Assembly: GCF_964355755.1 (NCBI RefSeq)
Contig: NC_092673.1
Span: 1,426,001-1,490,000, forward strand
Direction of reading: 5' to 3'
Length of the DNA stretch: 64,000 bases
DNA from: Antedon mediterranea
Taxonomy: Eukaryota; Animalia; Echinodermata
Shown here: one piece after another, positions 1 to 12,490 of the stretch
How the letters are laid out: the number at the start of each line of letters is the position of its first letter
Position numbering within the stretch: position 1 is the first letter of the stretch
The notes under the pieces: generated by a model
What the model was told of the DNA's origin: nothing
Database searches by the model: none
Seen by the model: only the letters and a program-made list of their open reading frames with translations
Program-made: the position numbers and the translations under genes

Positions 1-254
1 ATAAAATCACAAACATTAATCACAACAAAATTGACATATTGCAGGGCTACAAATGAACAATGTTCATTCCTACATTTCTAATATTTTTTCCTCAGATGAT
101 TTTGATTTTCTTTCAACCAATCGGCTAATTTGTTCAATAAAAAAAAGAAGATGCTATAGAAAAATTAAATTTATAAGAGAGGTAATATAATTAATAGCCA
201 TAACTCTGATTGATCTTCTTAAAAATCGAAATTATGATAAATAAATGTTCTCAC

Positions 255-2393
255 TACTTATATTCTGGAAATTGTTTATATCGTTCAAATTCTTGTTGCC
301 ATTCCTCTTCACTTCTTGGTGGTTTCATGCCTTTAATCAAATGCCAATTGGTCATAGATAACCCTGATTCTGTCAGTCTGAAAGTAAGCAAGCACTATAA
401 TGAATGAGTAAAACTCACCAATGAGAATTTAAATAAAGATGAACTCACACAAGACAACAAAAAAAATGAATGAGTAAAACACATATAATGAGAGTTCATC
501 CCTTTTCTATGACACCATTAATCATAACTATTGCGACATTCAAGTTATATCCTGAGTTATATCTATTCTTTTTTATTTCTCATTGTACTATGATTATTTA
601 TGTATGTTTATGAAGGTGTATGATGAATGGAAATAAAGAAAGAATCACTCTCCTGGTGCGAAAAATGTACCACTGCACCTGCTACCAACAAGACCTTAAG
701 AACCATCACCACCATACACACCTGGTTATATCTATACTACAACTGTACTGACAACCATAAAAACATGAGCCCAACAACCACCCTCCTGTATTTACCTGGT
801 TATACCGCCAAGTACCAAGCACGTTTTATCTTACCACAAGAGCATAGCAACAACCATCCTGCTTACTTGATTACACCACCAAATACCACTGCACCGGCTA
901 CCATACCAAGGAGCCTAGCAACAACTTAACCATCCTATTACCTGGTTACACCACCTAGTACCACTGCACCTTCTATCTTACCACAAGAGCCTAGCAACAA
1001 CCATCCTGCTTACCTGGTTACACCACCAAGTACCACTGCACCGGCTACCATACCGCAGGAGCCCAACAACCACCATCCTACAATCTTCTCAACTCGTGCT
1101 GGAACAGCTTTCTTTGTGGTTGTGTGACGTATGAAACTTACAAAAGTATTCAGCCTTGATTTCCTCTACAAAAAATAAATTGGTGTTAAATACAAAAATG
1201 AATTTATTTTTGTTTACTTAATCATAATTCATTACAAAATTAACGGATTTTTGAATAAGCAGTATTTTAACTAAAAATATGATCTATTTTTTATTTATTT
1301 TCAATTAATAGTCTTTATACAAATTTGAGATTTAGTAGTGATATAAAAGTAAATAATAACCAGTAATGCAAGTAAATAATGACAAATGTAAAATGTAGAA
1401 AATGTTAAATCACCTGAAACACTGCATGTTTTACACAAGGGAAACCCGTTGAATATGAAAGTACTGTCCTGGGCGGCTGTGAAAATACAAAATGTGTATG
1501 TAAATTTGTAGTCTGCCGAGATAAAAAGTGCAATCAGACTAATAATTATGACGAAGGTTCCTCCTCCCATGCGATGGGCAAATGTACTGTATCTAGGTAG
1601 CCTAGGTGCTACTGCACTTTTGCACTCTCTTGAGCTTACCCCAAAAAAAAACATTCAGAGTTAATGGTGAGTGACCATGCCCAGTTTGGTACGAAAGTAC
1701 AGTAGCTTCAGAGGAGGACAGACAGAGGTGAGAGGAGTTGCCTACCGACCGTACCTATCCTAGCTGGTAAGACGAGAGACGATCGGCCCGGTATGATTCG
1801 GCCCTGGGACTATTTGGCCCTGAGATGATTCGGCCCACTCAAATTTATTGACTTCGACAAGAAATTAAATTAATGTTTAAATAATGTATGTTTTTTTTTC
1901 TTTAGGCCTATTCATTTATATATAAGCAAACAAAACACCAAATTCCCTGGAAAAAACTTGACTAAACTTACACAAAACGATGTGACACCGTTTGTAAACA
2001 CGACTGTATCAGAAAAATTAGGCCTAGGCCTATTTACATTAAGTACATAGGGGCCTAATTGTTTACTTCAAAGACCTTCTTGAAAACTTGATAAAAACCG
2101 AACAAAAACTGTATTAACATATAATTAACAATCATTGGTTTTGTCTAAATGTGAGACGACTCGGCCCGCAAAGTGGGACGTTTCGGCCCACACTTTTTAG
2201 TTGAGCCAAAACGTCCCACTAAAAGTGGCCTAAATAGTAGTCCCGGGCCGAATCGTCTCAGCGCCGAATCGTCCTGCTCCTGGAACCTAGGCTAGCCTAG
2301 GGCCAGGCCTAGCCTAACATTCTATACCTTGTTTCTTAAAACTTGGCACTTAATTTGATTATATAAAAGATTGGATAGTTGACGACAGAACAT
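255..2393 (-). CDS. COX15: Cytochrome c oxidase assembly protein COX15 (heme A synthase), first four coding exons; gene continues off the left edge
   Basis: Spliced exons 2393-2328 ([10 protein letters not shown]..., targeting-peptide-like), 1476-1414, 1165-1014 (…[26 protein letters not shown]) and 377-255 ([40 protein letters not shown]). All junctions are GT-AG and in phase. [12 protein letters not shown]…PP…EW…EF..Y.QFPE is the COX15 signature. The first two exons are less certain. Confidence 0.92.
650..1085 (-). repeat. ~72-bp tandem repeat (5-6 decaying copies) made from the 3' end of a COX15 exon plus its splice donor
   Basis: The minus-strand unit gatgg(t)ggttgttg…ggtgcagtggtacttggtggtgtaaccag|gtaagcag recurs with a 72-75 bp period from 1085 down to about 650. 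Confidence 0.85.
1766..2280. mobile_element. MITE-like element in COX15 intron 1 with repeated GATTCGGCCC subterminal motifs
   Basis: gacgatcggccc/gattcggccc repeats at the left end and inverted gggccgaatcgtc/gccgaatcgtc repeats at the right end; non-coding. Confidence 0.6.
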
Positions 2394-2706
2394 AATTGAA
2401 ATGTAAATAGGCCTAGGCCTATCCTCTTCTTAATCTTGATCTTTTTGGCCTTTCGAAATCGAAAACGTTTTTAATTAATTGCAGGTATATAAACTATACC
2501 AAACTGGCGAGTAAATCATGTTTTACTTTTTAAACCTCGCAACGTCTGGTTGAAAAGGCTACTCGGACCAATAATTTCTATTAGCCTAGGGGTTATTGCG
2601 ATTTGGACGTTTCTGATTGGCTGTAGCCATGGACTATATTGATTAACACTGTTCTGATTGGTTGTAGCTTTGAATACATCTTCTCGGAACTCGTCCTTAA
2701 TACAAT

Positions 2707-3700
2707 AGCAATTTAGCACAGTGTTTTACTATAATTGAATAGCAATTTAGGTAAATGTCTTTTGAAATGAAATTAAATAAATTATAACCAATTTGATTAG
2801 AGTAAAACACAACGATAAAGAATAGGAAACATTTAATAACATGATAAATTACATTTACATAGCAATTTATCACTGTGTTTTACTATAACCAATTTGGTTA
2901 GAGTAAAACACAATGATAAAAAATAGGAAACATTTAATAATATGATAAATTACATTTACATAGCAATTTATCACTGTGTTTTACTATAACCAATTTGGTT
3001 AGAGTAAAACACAATGATAAAGAATAAGAAACATTTAATAACATGATAAATGACATTTACATAGCAATTTAGCACTGTGTTTTACTATAACCAATCAGAT
3101 TAGAGTAAAACACAATGATAAAGAATAGGAAACATTTAATAATATGATATATAACATTTACATAGCAATTTAGCACTGTGTTTTACTATAACCAATTTGA
3201 TTAGAGTAAAACTCAACGATAAAGAATAGGAAACATTTAATAACATGATAAATTACATTTACATAGCAATTTATCACTGTGTTTTACTATAACCAATTTG
3301 GTTAGAGTAAAACACAATGATAAAGAATAGGAAACATTTAATAATATGATAAATTACATTTACATAGCAATTTATCACTGTGTTTTACTATAACCAATTT
3401 GGTTAGAGTAAAACACAATGATAAAGAATAGGAATTTAATAATATGATATATAACATTTACATAGCAATTTAGCACTGTGTTTTACTATAACCAATTTGG
3501 TTATGGTAAAGCACAATGATAAAGAATAGGAAACATTTAAAAATATGATAAATGACATTCACATAGCAATTTAGCACTGTGTTTTACTATACCAATTTGA
3601 TTAGAGTAAAACACAATGATAAAGAATATGAAACATTTAATAATATGATAAATTGCTAGCACTGTGTTTTACTATACCAATTTAGTTTTGGATAAAGAAT
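2707..3700 (+). repeat. 101-bp tandem satellite (about 9 copies), each unit with an internal ~50-bp palindrome
   Basis: Unit atagcaatttatcactgtgttttactataaccaatttggttagagtaaaacacaatgataaagaataggaaacatttaataatatgataaattacatttac; period 101 (2859 to 2960). Confidence 0.95.
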
Positions 3701-4089
3701 ATGAATTTAAAGAATGGATATAATATGATATGATACAATATGATTTTCTCCCAATTAGTAAGACATTTTGGAATACTGCGTGCGTAGTGCACCTAACAAG
3801 ATCATGTTCGCTATTTAAAACTCACATTTTAAAACCGTAAACGCATAAATTTGCGGACATACTCGTAAAACACACTTCCAGAGATTTAATAATTTTAACA
3901 GTACTACAAAATCCATAATATAAAGTAGTATAGATTTGTACAAAAAGAGCAGAACAATTAAATTAACTGTCATTACATCTACTGAACTGTCTCATTACAT
4001 CTACTGAAAAATTCATCGCGATGAATTTATTTATAATACACCAATCAGATCACACGCAATTAGTATGGAATGCCAGTTTAGGCGATGAT

Positions 4090-4340
4090 AAAATCGCGTC
4101 GATGATGCAATGAAAATTGCGTCGATGTGATGAAAATTGCGTCGATGAATATAGTATTGATGTAATGATGTGATGAACATTGCGTCGATGAAAATTGCGT
4201 CGATGTAATGAAAATTGCGTTAATGTGATGAAAATTGCGTCGATGAAAATTGCGTCGATGAAAACTGCATCGATGAAAACTGCATCGATGAAAAAAAAAA
4301 TAATTTTCATCGATGCTGTTTTCATCGATGAAAATTGCGA
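4090..4340 (+). repeat. 15-bp minisatellite (GAAAATTGCGTCGAT)n
   Basis: Direct tandem copies visible; accounts for the low-complexity ORFs here. Confidence 0.9.
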
Positions 4341-4754
4341 TCTCCCTGCCGGTATGATTTGAATATGATGTCATGGATGCTGGACATCTGGATTTTATGT
4401 ACTGAACTGGTGGATTAACGGAAGCAATTAGCTAGAAGATATAATGTGTCCGAAAGGACAATAATGGATCCATTGCTAAAATGTGTTGACAATAAATCAC
4501 TAAAATGTTAATCAGTGCATATATTTCAACATTGTTTTAGTGCGTGATCACTGTGCGCTTGTCTATAACGCGCGCTAGCGCAAGCGGTAAACATGTTTAT
4601 CATATCAAAATATTCAGAAACCGTCAATTTTTAGCAACATAATAACATTATTAACATCATTATTAACATCATCATTTACTTTACTAGTAGTCATTTTCAT
4701 CATTGATTGAATTAAAACCATTTGGAATTTTCATAATCAATTAAATTCATCACA

Positions 4755-4970
4755 TCAATTTTCATCAATGCAGTTTTCATCGACGCAATTTTCATCGATG
4801 CAGTTTTCATCGACGCAATTTTCATCGACGCAATTTTCATCGATGCAATTTTCATCGACGCAATGTAAATTGCGTCGACGCAATCTACATTGCATCGACG
4901 CAATCTACATTGCGTCGATGCAATTTTCATCGACGCAATTTCATCATCGACGCAATTTTTATCATCGCCA
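4755..4970 (-). repeat. Inverted copy of the 15-bp minisatellite
   Basis: (TTTCATCGACGCAAT)n is the reverse complement of the 4090-4340 array. Confidence 0.9.
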
Positions 4971-5614
4971 AAAACTTGTGTAAAACGGCGTTCCATAAGT
5001 GACGAATCGCATATTCGCCGTTTATTGTTGAGGCGCGTAAACAGTGTGCGCAATGCACGTTTTCTTCCCATGACGAGACGAATCGATATTCGACTCTTCG
5101 TGTGACGAATAATCGCCAAATTATAATTAATATAATTAATTAATGAAATAAGATACGCAGTTGATGTTTGCATCAATTGTTCTTTAGAATAAATACTTTC
5201 GAAATACAAAACAAAAAATGTGTGGTGAGTGACGATATGTTCAATCATGGACCTATAAATTACTAATTTATAGGTCCATGATTCAATATCTGTAGCTTCA
5301 ATTCAAACATAATGTAACAGAAAATTCGAAGCGTAAAAAACGTTCGTTTACACAACACTTTTTTTTATACTTTATTATTGATTATTATATTATACAGGAA
5401 TACTATTTATTTCCTCATTTCTACCCAAGAATAAACAATTTTTGGATACAAAACTTTATGTGAATTACATTACCAAAATATTAAAATGAGGATAAAAAAA
5501 CATCGCGTAAAATACTCGTACTCAAAAGCTTCTGAAATTTGTAGATATATGTCATGAAAAAGAAATTTGACATTCCCAATAATTTTTTTTGGCAAAAATG
5601 TAATATATGAAACA

Positions 5615-7445
5615 TACAATTTACATAGTTTATCATTGTTTTTTATTAGAACCAATATGGTTACACAGTTAAACATAGTGATAAAGAATAGATACTTGTT
5701 AGGTTACTACCCTACCCTCTAGTTTGAAGCGACATTATAAATTCATCGAGAAAAAAAACGTATCGTATTCAGAAACGTTTGACATTTTGTATAGATATGT
5801 TCAATAAGACAAAACAAATTATAAATTTCAAGACAAATCGATGATTTCCATTATTTGCATTTCAAAAAATTCACACTTATGAAAGACCATACATTTTCAA
5901 CATTTCCTTTTTTCTGTGTACCGAGTTTAGAAACTTTTTGAATACCAGACGTATTTTTTTGTGATGCTTTTTCATTTGAATTGTAGTATAAAATGTCATT
6001 GAAACGAGATAAAAATCATACAAGACATGTTATAATAGGTTGCTCTATATACATAACAAAATTAGTTCTTTTTTTTGGTAAGAATCGCCAATGAAGTAGA
6101 AAGTTATTTCAGATGTAGTGTGCATTTATACGTCATTAATAGTAGGCCTAAAATATAATATTAAATATTATAAAGAATATCAAACATTTTATGTTATGAA
6201 AAATAAAATTGACATATAAGTTTATCATTGTGTTTTACTATAACCATTTTGGTTAAAAGTTAAACACAGTGAGTGATAAAGAATAGAACTGTTTTAGTTT
6301 ATTTAACCCTAACCCTAGTTTGAAGCGATCACATATTTAATATTCATCGCTAAAAATACGTATCGTCTTGAAAAACGTTTGATATTTGGTAGATATGTTC
6401 AATATAGGTTCTTACATCTATAATGCAAAAGAAATATCCTAATAGTTTTATTTTGATTTCTGAGAATCATCAATGAAGTAAAAATGTGTTGGAAATGTAT
6501 TGTCTTTCATAAGTGTAAATGTTTAGAAATGCAAATTATTAAAATCACGAATTTGTCTTGAAACTTTTATTTTTTGTTTGTTTTATAGACGTAAGAACCT
6601 ATTGAACATATTTACCAAATTTCAAATGTTTCTGAATACGATACGTATTTTTTCGCGATGAATTAAGTATGTGATCGCTTCAAACTAGGGTTAGAGTTAT
6701 ATAACCTAAAACAGTGTCTATTCTTTATCATTGTGTTTAACTGTGTAACCAAATTGGTTCTGTAAAACAAGATGATAAACTATGTAACTTGTATTTATTA
6801 TTATTACATTATATGTATCCTGTAATGTAATATGAAAAATAAAATGTATATAGTTTATCATTGTGTTGTACTAAAACCAATTTGGTTAAAAGTTAAACAC
6901 AGTGTTAAAGAATGAACTGTTAGGTTATTTAACCCTAACCCTAGTTTGAAGCGATCACATACTTAATTCATCGATAAAAATACGTATCGTCTTAAAAAAC
7001 GTTTGAAATTTGGTACATGTTCAATATAGGTTCTTACATCTATAATGTAAAAGAAATATCATAATTTGTTTTATTTTGATTTCTGGGAATCATCAATGAA
7101 GTAAAAATGTGTTGGAAAATGTATGGTATTTCATAAGTGTACATTTTTAGAAATGCAAATTATTAAAATCACGAATTTTTTGTGAAATTTATATTTTTTG
7201 TTTGTTTTATAGACGTAAGAACCTATTAAACATATCTAACAAATTTCAAAAGTTTCTAAATACGATACGTACTTTTTCGCGATGAATTTATTATGTCGCT
7301 TCAAACTAGGGTTAGGGTTATATAACCTAAAACAGTATCTATTCTTTATCACTGTGTTTAACTGTGTCACCAAATTGGTTCTGTAAAACAAGATGATAAA
7401 CTATGTAACTTGTATTTATTATATTATTACATTATATGTATCCTA
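5615..7445. repeat. Tandem ~630-bp hairpin modules (two full, one partial)
   Basis: Arms 6218-6423/6583-6781 and 6851-7044/7207-7402 are reverse complements around ~160-bp spacers. A degenerate arm starts near 5615. The outer ends resemble the 101-bp satellite unit. Confidence 0.8.
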
Positions 7446-7499
7446 TTCTTTTCATAACGTTTAGATAATAAGATATGTTTAATATAATATTTTGCTATG

Positions 7500-9215
7500 T
7501 AAATAATATCATATAATAAATGTTTCATTATCATTGTGTTTTACTGTAACCAAATTGGCTATAGTAAAACACAATACTAAATTTGTATGTAAATGTATCA
7601 TATTATTATATGTTTCCTATTCTTAATTTGTGTTTTACTGTATCCAGCACAGTGCTAAATATCATTTATCATAGTTAAAATGTTTTACTCTAACCAAATT
7701 GGTTATAGTAAAACACAGTGATAAATTACTATGTAAATGTCATTTATCATATTATTAAATGTTTCATATTCTTTATCATTGTGCTTTACTCTAATCAAAT
7801 TGGTTATAGTAAAACACAGTGCTAAATTTCTATGTGAATGTCATTTATCATGTTATTAAATGTTTCCTATTCTTTATCATTGTGTTTTACTCTAACCAAA
7901 TTGGTTATAGTAAAACACAGTGCTAAATTGCTATGTAATGACATTTATCATATTATTAAATGTTTCCTATTCTATATCATTGTGCTTTACCATAACCAAA
8001 TTGGTTATAGTAAAACATTGTGCTAAATTGCTAGCTATGTAAATAATCATTATTATTAAATGTTTCCTATTCTTTGTCATTGTGTTTTACTCTAACCAAA
8101 TTGGTTATAGTAAAACACAGTGCTAAATTGCTATGTAATGACATTTATCATATTATTAAATGTTTCCTATTCTATATCATTGTGCTTTACCATAACCAAA
8201 TTGGTTATAGTAAAACATGGTGCTAAATTGCTATGTAAATAATCATTATTATTAAATGTTTCCTATTCTATATAATTGTGCTTTACCATAACCAAATTGG
8301 TTATAGTAAAACACAGTGATAAATTGCTATGTAAATGTCATTTATCATATTATTAAATGTTTCCTATTCTATATCATTGTGTTTTACTATAACCAAATTG
8401 GTTATAGTAAAACACAGTGCTAAATTGCTATGTAAATAATCATTATTATTAAATATTTCCTATTCTTTATCATTGTGTTTTACTCTAACCAAATTGGTTA
8501 TAGTAAAACACAGTGCTAAATTGCTATGTAAATGTCATATATCATATTATTAAATTCCTATTCTTTATCATTCTGCTTTACTTTAACCAAATTGGTTATA
8601 GTAAAACACAGTGCTAAATTGCTATGTAAATGTCATTTATCATATTATTAAGTGTTTCCTATTCTTGATCATTGTGTTTTACTTTAACCAAATTGGTTAT
8701 AGTAAAACACAGTGCTAAATTGCTATGTAAATGTCATTTATCAAATTATTAAATGTTTCCTATTCTATATCATTGTGTTTTACTCTAACCAAATTGGTTA
8801 TAGTAAAACACAGTGCTAAATTGCTATGTGAATGTCATATATCATATTATTAAATGTTTCCTATTCTTTATCATTGTGTTTTACTCTAACCAAATTGGTT
8901 ATAGTAAAACACAGTGCTAAATTGCTATGTAAATGTCATATATCATATGATTAAATTCCTATTCTTTATCATTCTGCTTTACTTTAACCAAATTGTTTAT
9001 AGTAAAACACAGTGCTAAATTGCTATGTAAATGTCATTTATCATATTATTAAATGTTGCCTATTCTATATCATTGTGTTTTACTCTAACCAAATTGGTTA
9101 TAGTAAAACACAGTGATAAATTGCTATGTAATGACATTTATCATATTATTAAATGTTTCCTATTCTTTATCATTGTGTTTTACTCTAACCAAATTGGTTA
9201 TTGTAAAACACAGTA
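7500..9215 (-). repeat. 101-bp satellite array (about 16 copies), inverted relative to 2707-3700
   Basis: Unit atcattgtgttttactctaaccaaattggttatagtaaaacacagtgctaaattgctatgtaaatgtcatttatcatattattaaatgtttcctattcttt is the reverse complement of the left array unit. Confidence 0.95.
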
Positions 9216-9689
9216 TATTTTACCTCAACAACATCGCCGCAAAATTGTTTATACGTTTATTTTGATTGGCTAACTAAAGTACGGTCTAATGAATATTGAT
9301 ATCAGAAGATTCCCTAGCTTAGTGAAAAAGTTTTATTACCAAAAATATGCTGATTACGTTACTACCGGAAGTTGTAGTCTAGCATGATGCAGACGCAATT
9401 GATTATGTACGTTTGTTAAACATATAAAAAGCTGTAAATTACCACAAAACGACAATAGGAAAGAATTCAAAGAAATGCCCTACGTGTTCAAAATCATTGT
9501 TTTAATATAGTCTGTATGTATAACTAACAATTGACCTTGTGGAAGAGCGTATAAATTTAATTTAAAGTAAAACATGATTTACTCGCCAATTTGGTATTGG
9601 ATATATAGCTCTTAATTGTCGACACGCAGTACAGCGCCCTCTACAGGATGTACTCCCCACAATGTTTTTTTACAGTCGCCGCGCAATCA

Positions 9690-11453
9690 ATGGTTATGTT
9701 TTGTCTTCTGTTAATATTACTCTCTCATTTTTTAATAATTAATGGTTATTTATTGCACATTGATGTACCGCAAAACACAGAATGCTTAAGTGAATCCTGT
9801 CTTATGTATCAACCCGAATCTGCACTCATTTTATGTTCATATCTGTAAGTGAAACGAGTCATATGACAGGCCTACTACTACTAGAGCTAGAAGAATGTTA
9901 CAGATACCTAAGCCAGGGGCCTACATAGGGCCTAGGTAGGGGTGCTGGTCAACTCGTACCCAAACGTACCAATGCCAACTCTAGGTAGCCTAGCCTGCTA
10001 GAGTTAAGTTAGCTGCCGCCTACCTACTAGTTTAGTGTAGTAGGCCCTTCTAGCTTACTAACAGAGATTCCTCTACTGGACTAAAACTGTATTGATTGCC
10101 TTGTTTTTCTTCTTGGACTGTAACATACAATTCACGAAGGATGTAATTTAGTCTATCTAATCTAATTTTCTTTTATTTGTAGACCAGAGGAGTTTATTGA
10201 GTGTGATCAGCCAGACAGCATAGACGAAGGCAATGAAACGTCTACTGAATATGGTTGTAAAACGGTAAATTGTTTATTTTTTGTTAGAATATTCATTCCT
10301 TTTTCTTTTAAACCTTATTCCAAAAGCATGTCACTTGTCAGACACATAAAAAATGATAATTTTTTGGCGCTAATGCAGTTTCGTACCCACCCCTTAAAAT
10401 TACTCAAAATCTTCATCCAACCTACTCACGAGTTGTCTACATACAAACAACATCCTGCAATCATAAAATTGTAAAAATCGAAATTTTTTTATTTATATCT
10501 ATTTTTAATCAATTAATACTGAGCACCCTTCGGAAAAACATCGCCAGCTTAGCTTCGCGAAAATCATCGCTAGGCCTGCCGATAAAAGTATGGAGGCCTC
10601 ACAGGACATTAACTCTATTAAAGTGAACAGCTAAGCTGGCGATGGGTTTCTGAAGGGTGTTCAATTATATTAATTGAATAAATATAGTTATAAATAACAA
10701 ATTATCAATATTTTACCATTTTATGCTTGCAGAATGTTGTAGACAACTCGTGAGTAGGTTAGATGAAGTATTGAAACCATTTTGAGTAATTTTAAGAGGT
10801 GGGTACAAAACTTTAGCGCCACTTTTTTAATTGAATCCCTTAGCACACTACCTACTTTCAAGTTAATTTTGATAGAATCGCACTTAATGTTTTTTTAAAA
10901 TTTGATTTGTTTCAGTATGGGAAAGTAAAATATCAAGATGTTGAAAGAACTAAAGTAAAATGTCGCCCTCTACCAGGTATTGAATGTTACGGTTCAAGAG
11001 AATTTGATAAATCTGGTGTTCCCTGTATAAAGTGAGTATTTTATACAGGATAGTGCTATCCTAGTCCTAAATGCAATCGTTAAATACGTTCTGATTCTAA
11101 AAAAACGGTGCAAACATGATTTCAATATGTATTAACTTGACAAGTTTTACACATAATTCATTTCATTAAACAATTACTTTATTTTTCTTAAATAACAATC
11201 ATATTTATTACCACTTTTAAACCTTTTTTTTTTATTAAGGTATGATAATCATCATTTTGTGTCAACGTTACTCTTTTCAATTCTACTTGGATTTTTCGGA
11301 GTTGATCGTTTTTGCTTAGGACACGTAGGAACAGCAGTAGCAAAGTTGCTAACGTTAGGTGGACTTGGTATTTGGTGGGTTGTTGATATCATCTTACTAG
11401 TTACTGGACAACTCATGCCTGCAGATGAATTCAGTTGGAGTCCAAATTGTTGA
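9690..11453 (+). CDS. TM2D2: TM2 domain-containing protein 2
   Basis: Exons 9690-9844, 10183-10264, 10916-11031, 11240-11453. Signal-peptide-like N-terminus, ILCSYLPEEFIEC, GIEC…PCIKY and the TM2 domain [44 protein letters not shown], all matching TM2D2. Confidence 0.93.
10365..10821. mobile_element. Hairpin-type MITE with ~190-bp inverted arms in TM2D2 intron 2
   Basis: tggcgctaa…gtacccacc…ctactcacgagttgtctaca…catcgccagcttagct at 10365-10555 is mirrored by agctaagctggcgatg…tgtagacaactcgtgagtagg…ggtgggtac…ttagcgcca at 10628-10821. Confidence 0.8.
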
Positions 11454-12310
11454 TAAGAATTAGAAGTGAGGCAAAAACAATTGGGGTAGGGGTGGGGGCG
11501 TTTCTAGCGTTTAAATATGAGCTGAAATGTGTGACTTTTTGCACTTTAAGAACCTGTTGCATCTCTTGGTACAATACCATGTGGAACATCTACCAGTCCA
11601 TATAAAGTGCAATATAAATTTGATATACTAACTTAAAAAAAATAATAATAAAATTTGTAATTCTTTACTAGAGTGAGTGGTACTGAATTGAACGTTATTG
11701 TATCTCTTTTAAATCAGAGGCACCGTCTCAGTAAGATGTGCAACAAGTTTACAGTGAATACAAAATTAGACAGAAAAACAAATTACAAAATATTTACAGT
11801 AAGTAAACTGAGAAACATTAAAAACATAGAAATGTACAAAATTAAGTTTGAAAAAAAAACTGTGTTACGGATATCATTTCGTGTGTTTCATATCATGGTA
11901 AGACATTCGAATAATGTTTTTCGAAAATATTACTTGCTAATTCGTATTTATCATGGGTCAATTGAGTTGGTGTAATTTTGATTTATTGTGGATTTCAAGA
12001 TCATCAAGGAATAAATGGTATTTAAGATATAGAGAGCTAGTAGAAAACAATTCCCAAAGCATGGATAGATTATTGTTGTTTAGTTCATCTTTAAGATTCA
12101 TGAGTATTGGTTGTCTTGAATACTTAAGTAGTTTGCCTTCAAATACGAAATGATTAATACAGTTTCCTTTTCATTACAATTATAAACATATACCTGCATT
12201 TTGAGGTGACCATGCTTCTTTTCTACCTTCAAGTGGTAATGAATATGAACAATATACAAATTGTTGATGCATATTTTTTTATGTTGTACTGTTGCTTGCA
12301 AAATGTGTTA

Positions 12311-12490
12311 ATACCAATTTACACCAACGAGCGGTAACGGTAATACAGTACAAATCTATGTTATTCCTTATAACCATTTTTACACACAACGCGGACGGTC
12401 GGTTACCGCTCAGGATAGATACAGATTCTACGTTGGACAAGTTACGCGCTTTTCCGCTTACCGTTACTGCTCGTCTGTGTAAATTGGCCT
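12311..12490. mobile_element. PIF/Harbinger-type MITE, short copy of the family at 39790-40405
   Basis: TIRs ccaatttacac..acgagcggtaacggtaa / ttaccgttactgctcgtctgtgtaaattggcct followed by TTA. Confidence 0.75.

Noticed and set aside
627-929. 100-aa Thr/Pro-rich plus-strand ORF
   Set aside because: Antisense reading of the duplicated COX15 exon-end repeat.
4050-5248. Low-complexity ORFs (IASMK, FSSTQ, FHRRN repeats)
   Set aside because: Translations of the 15-bp minisatellite in several frames on both strands.
2707-9215. Regularly spaced palindromic repeats as a CRISPR-like array
   Set aside because: The sequence between palindromes is itself repeated (no unique spacers), there are no cas genes, and the context is eukaryotic. 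It is a satellite.
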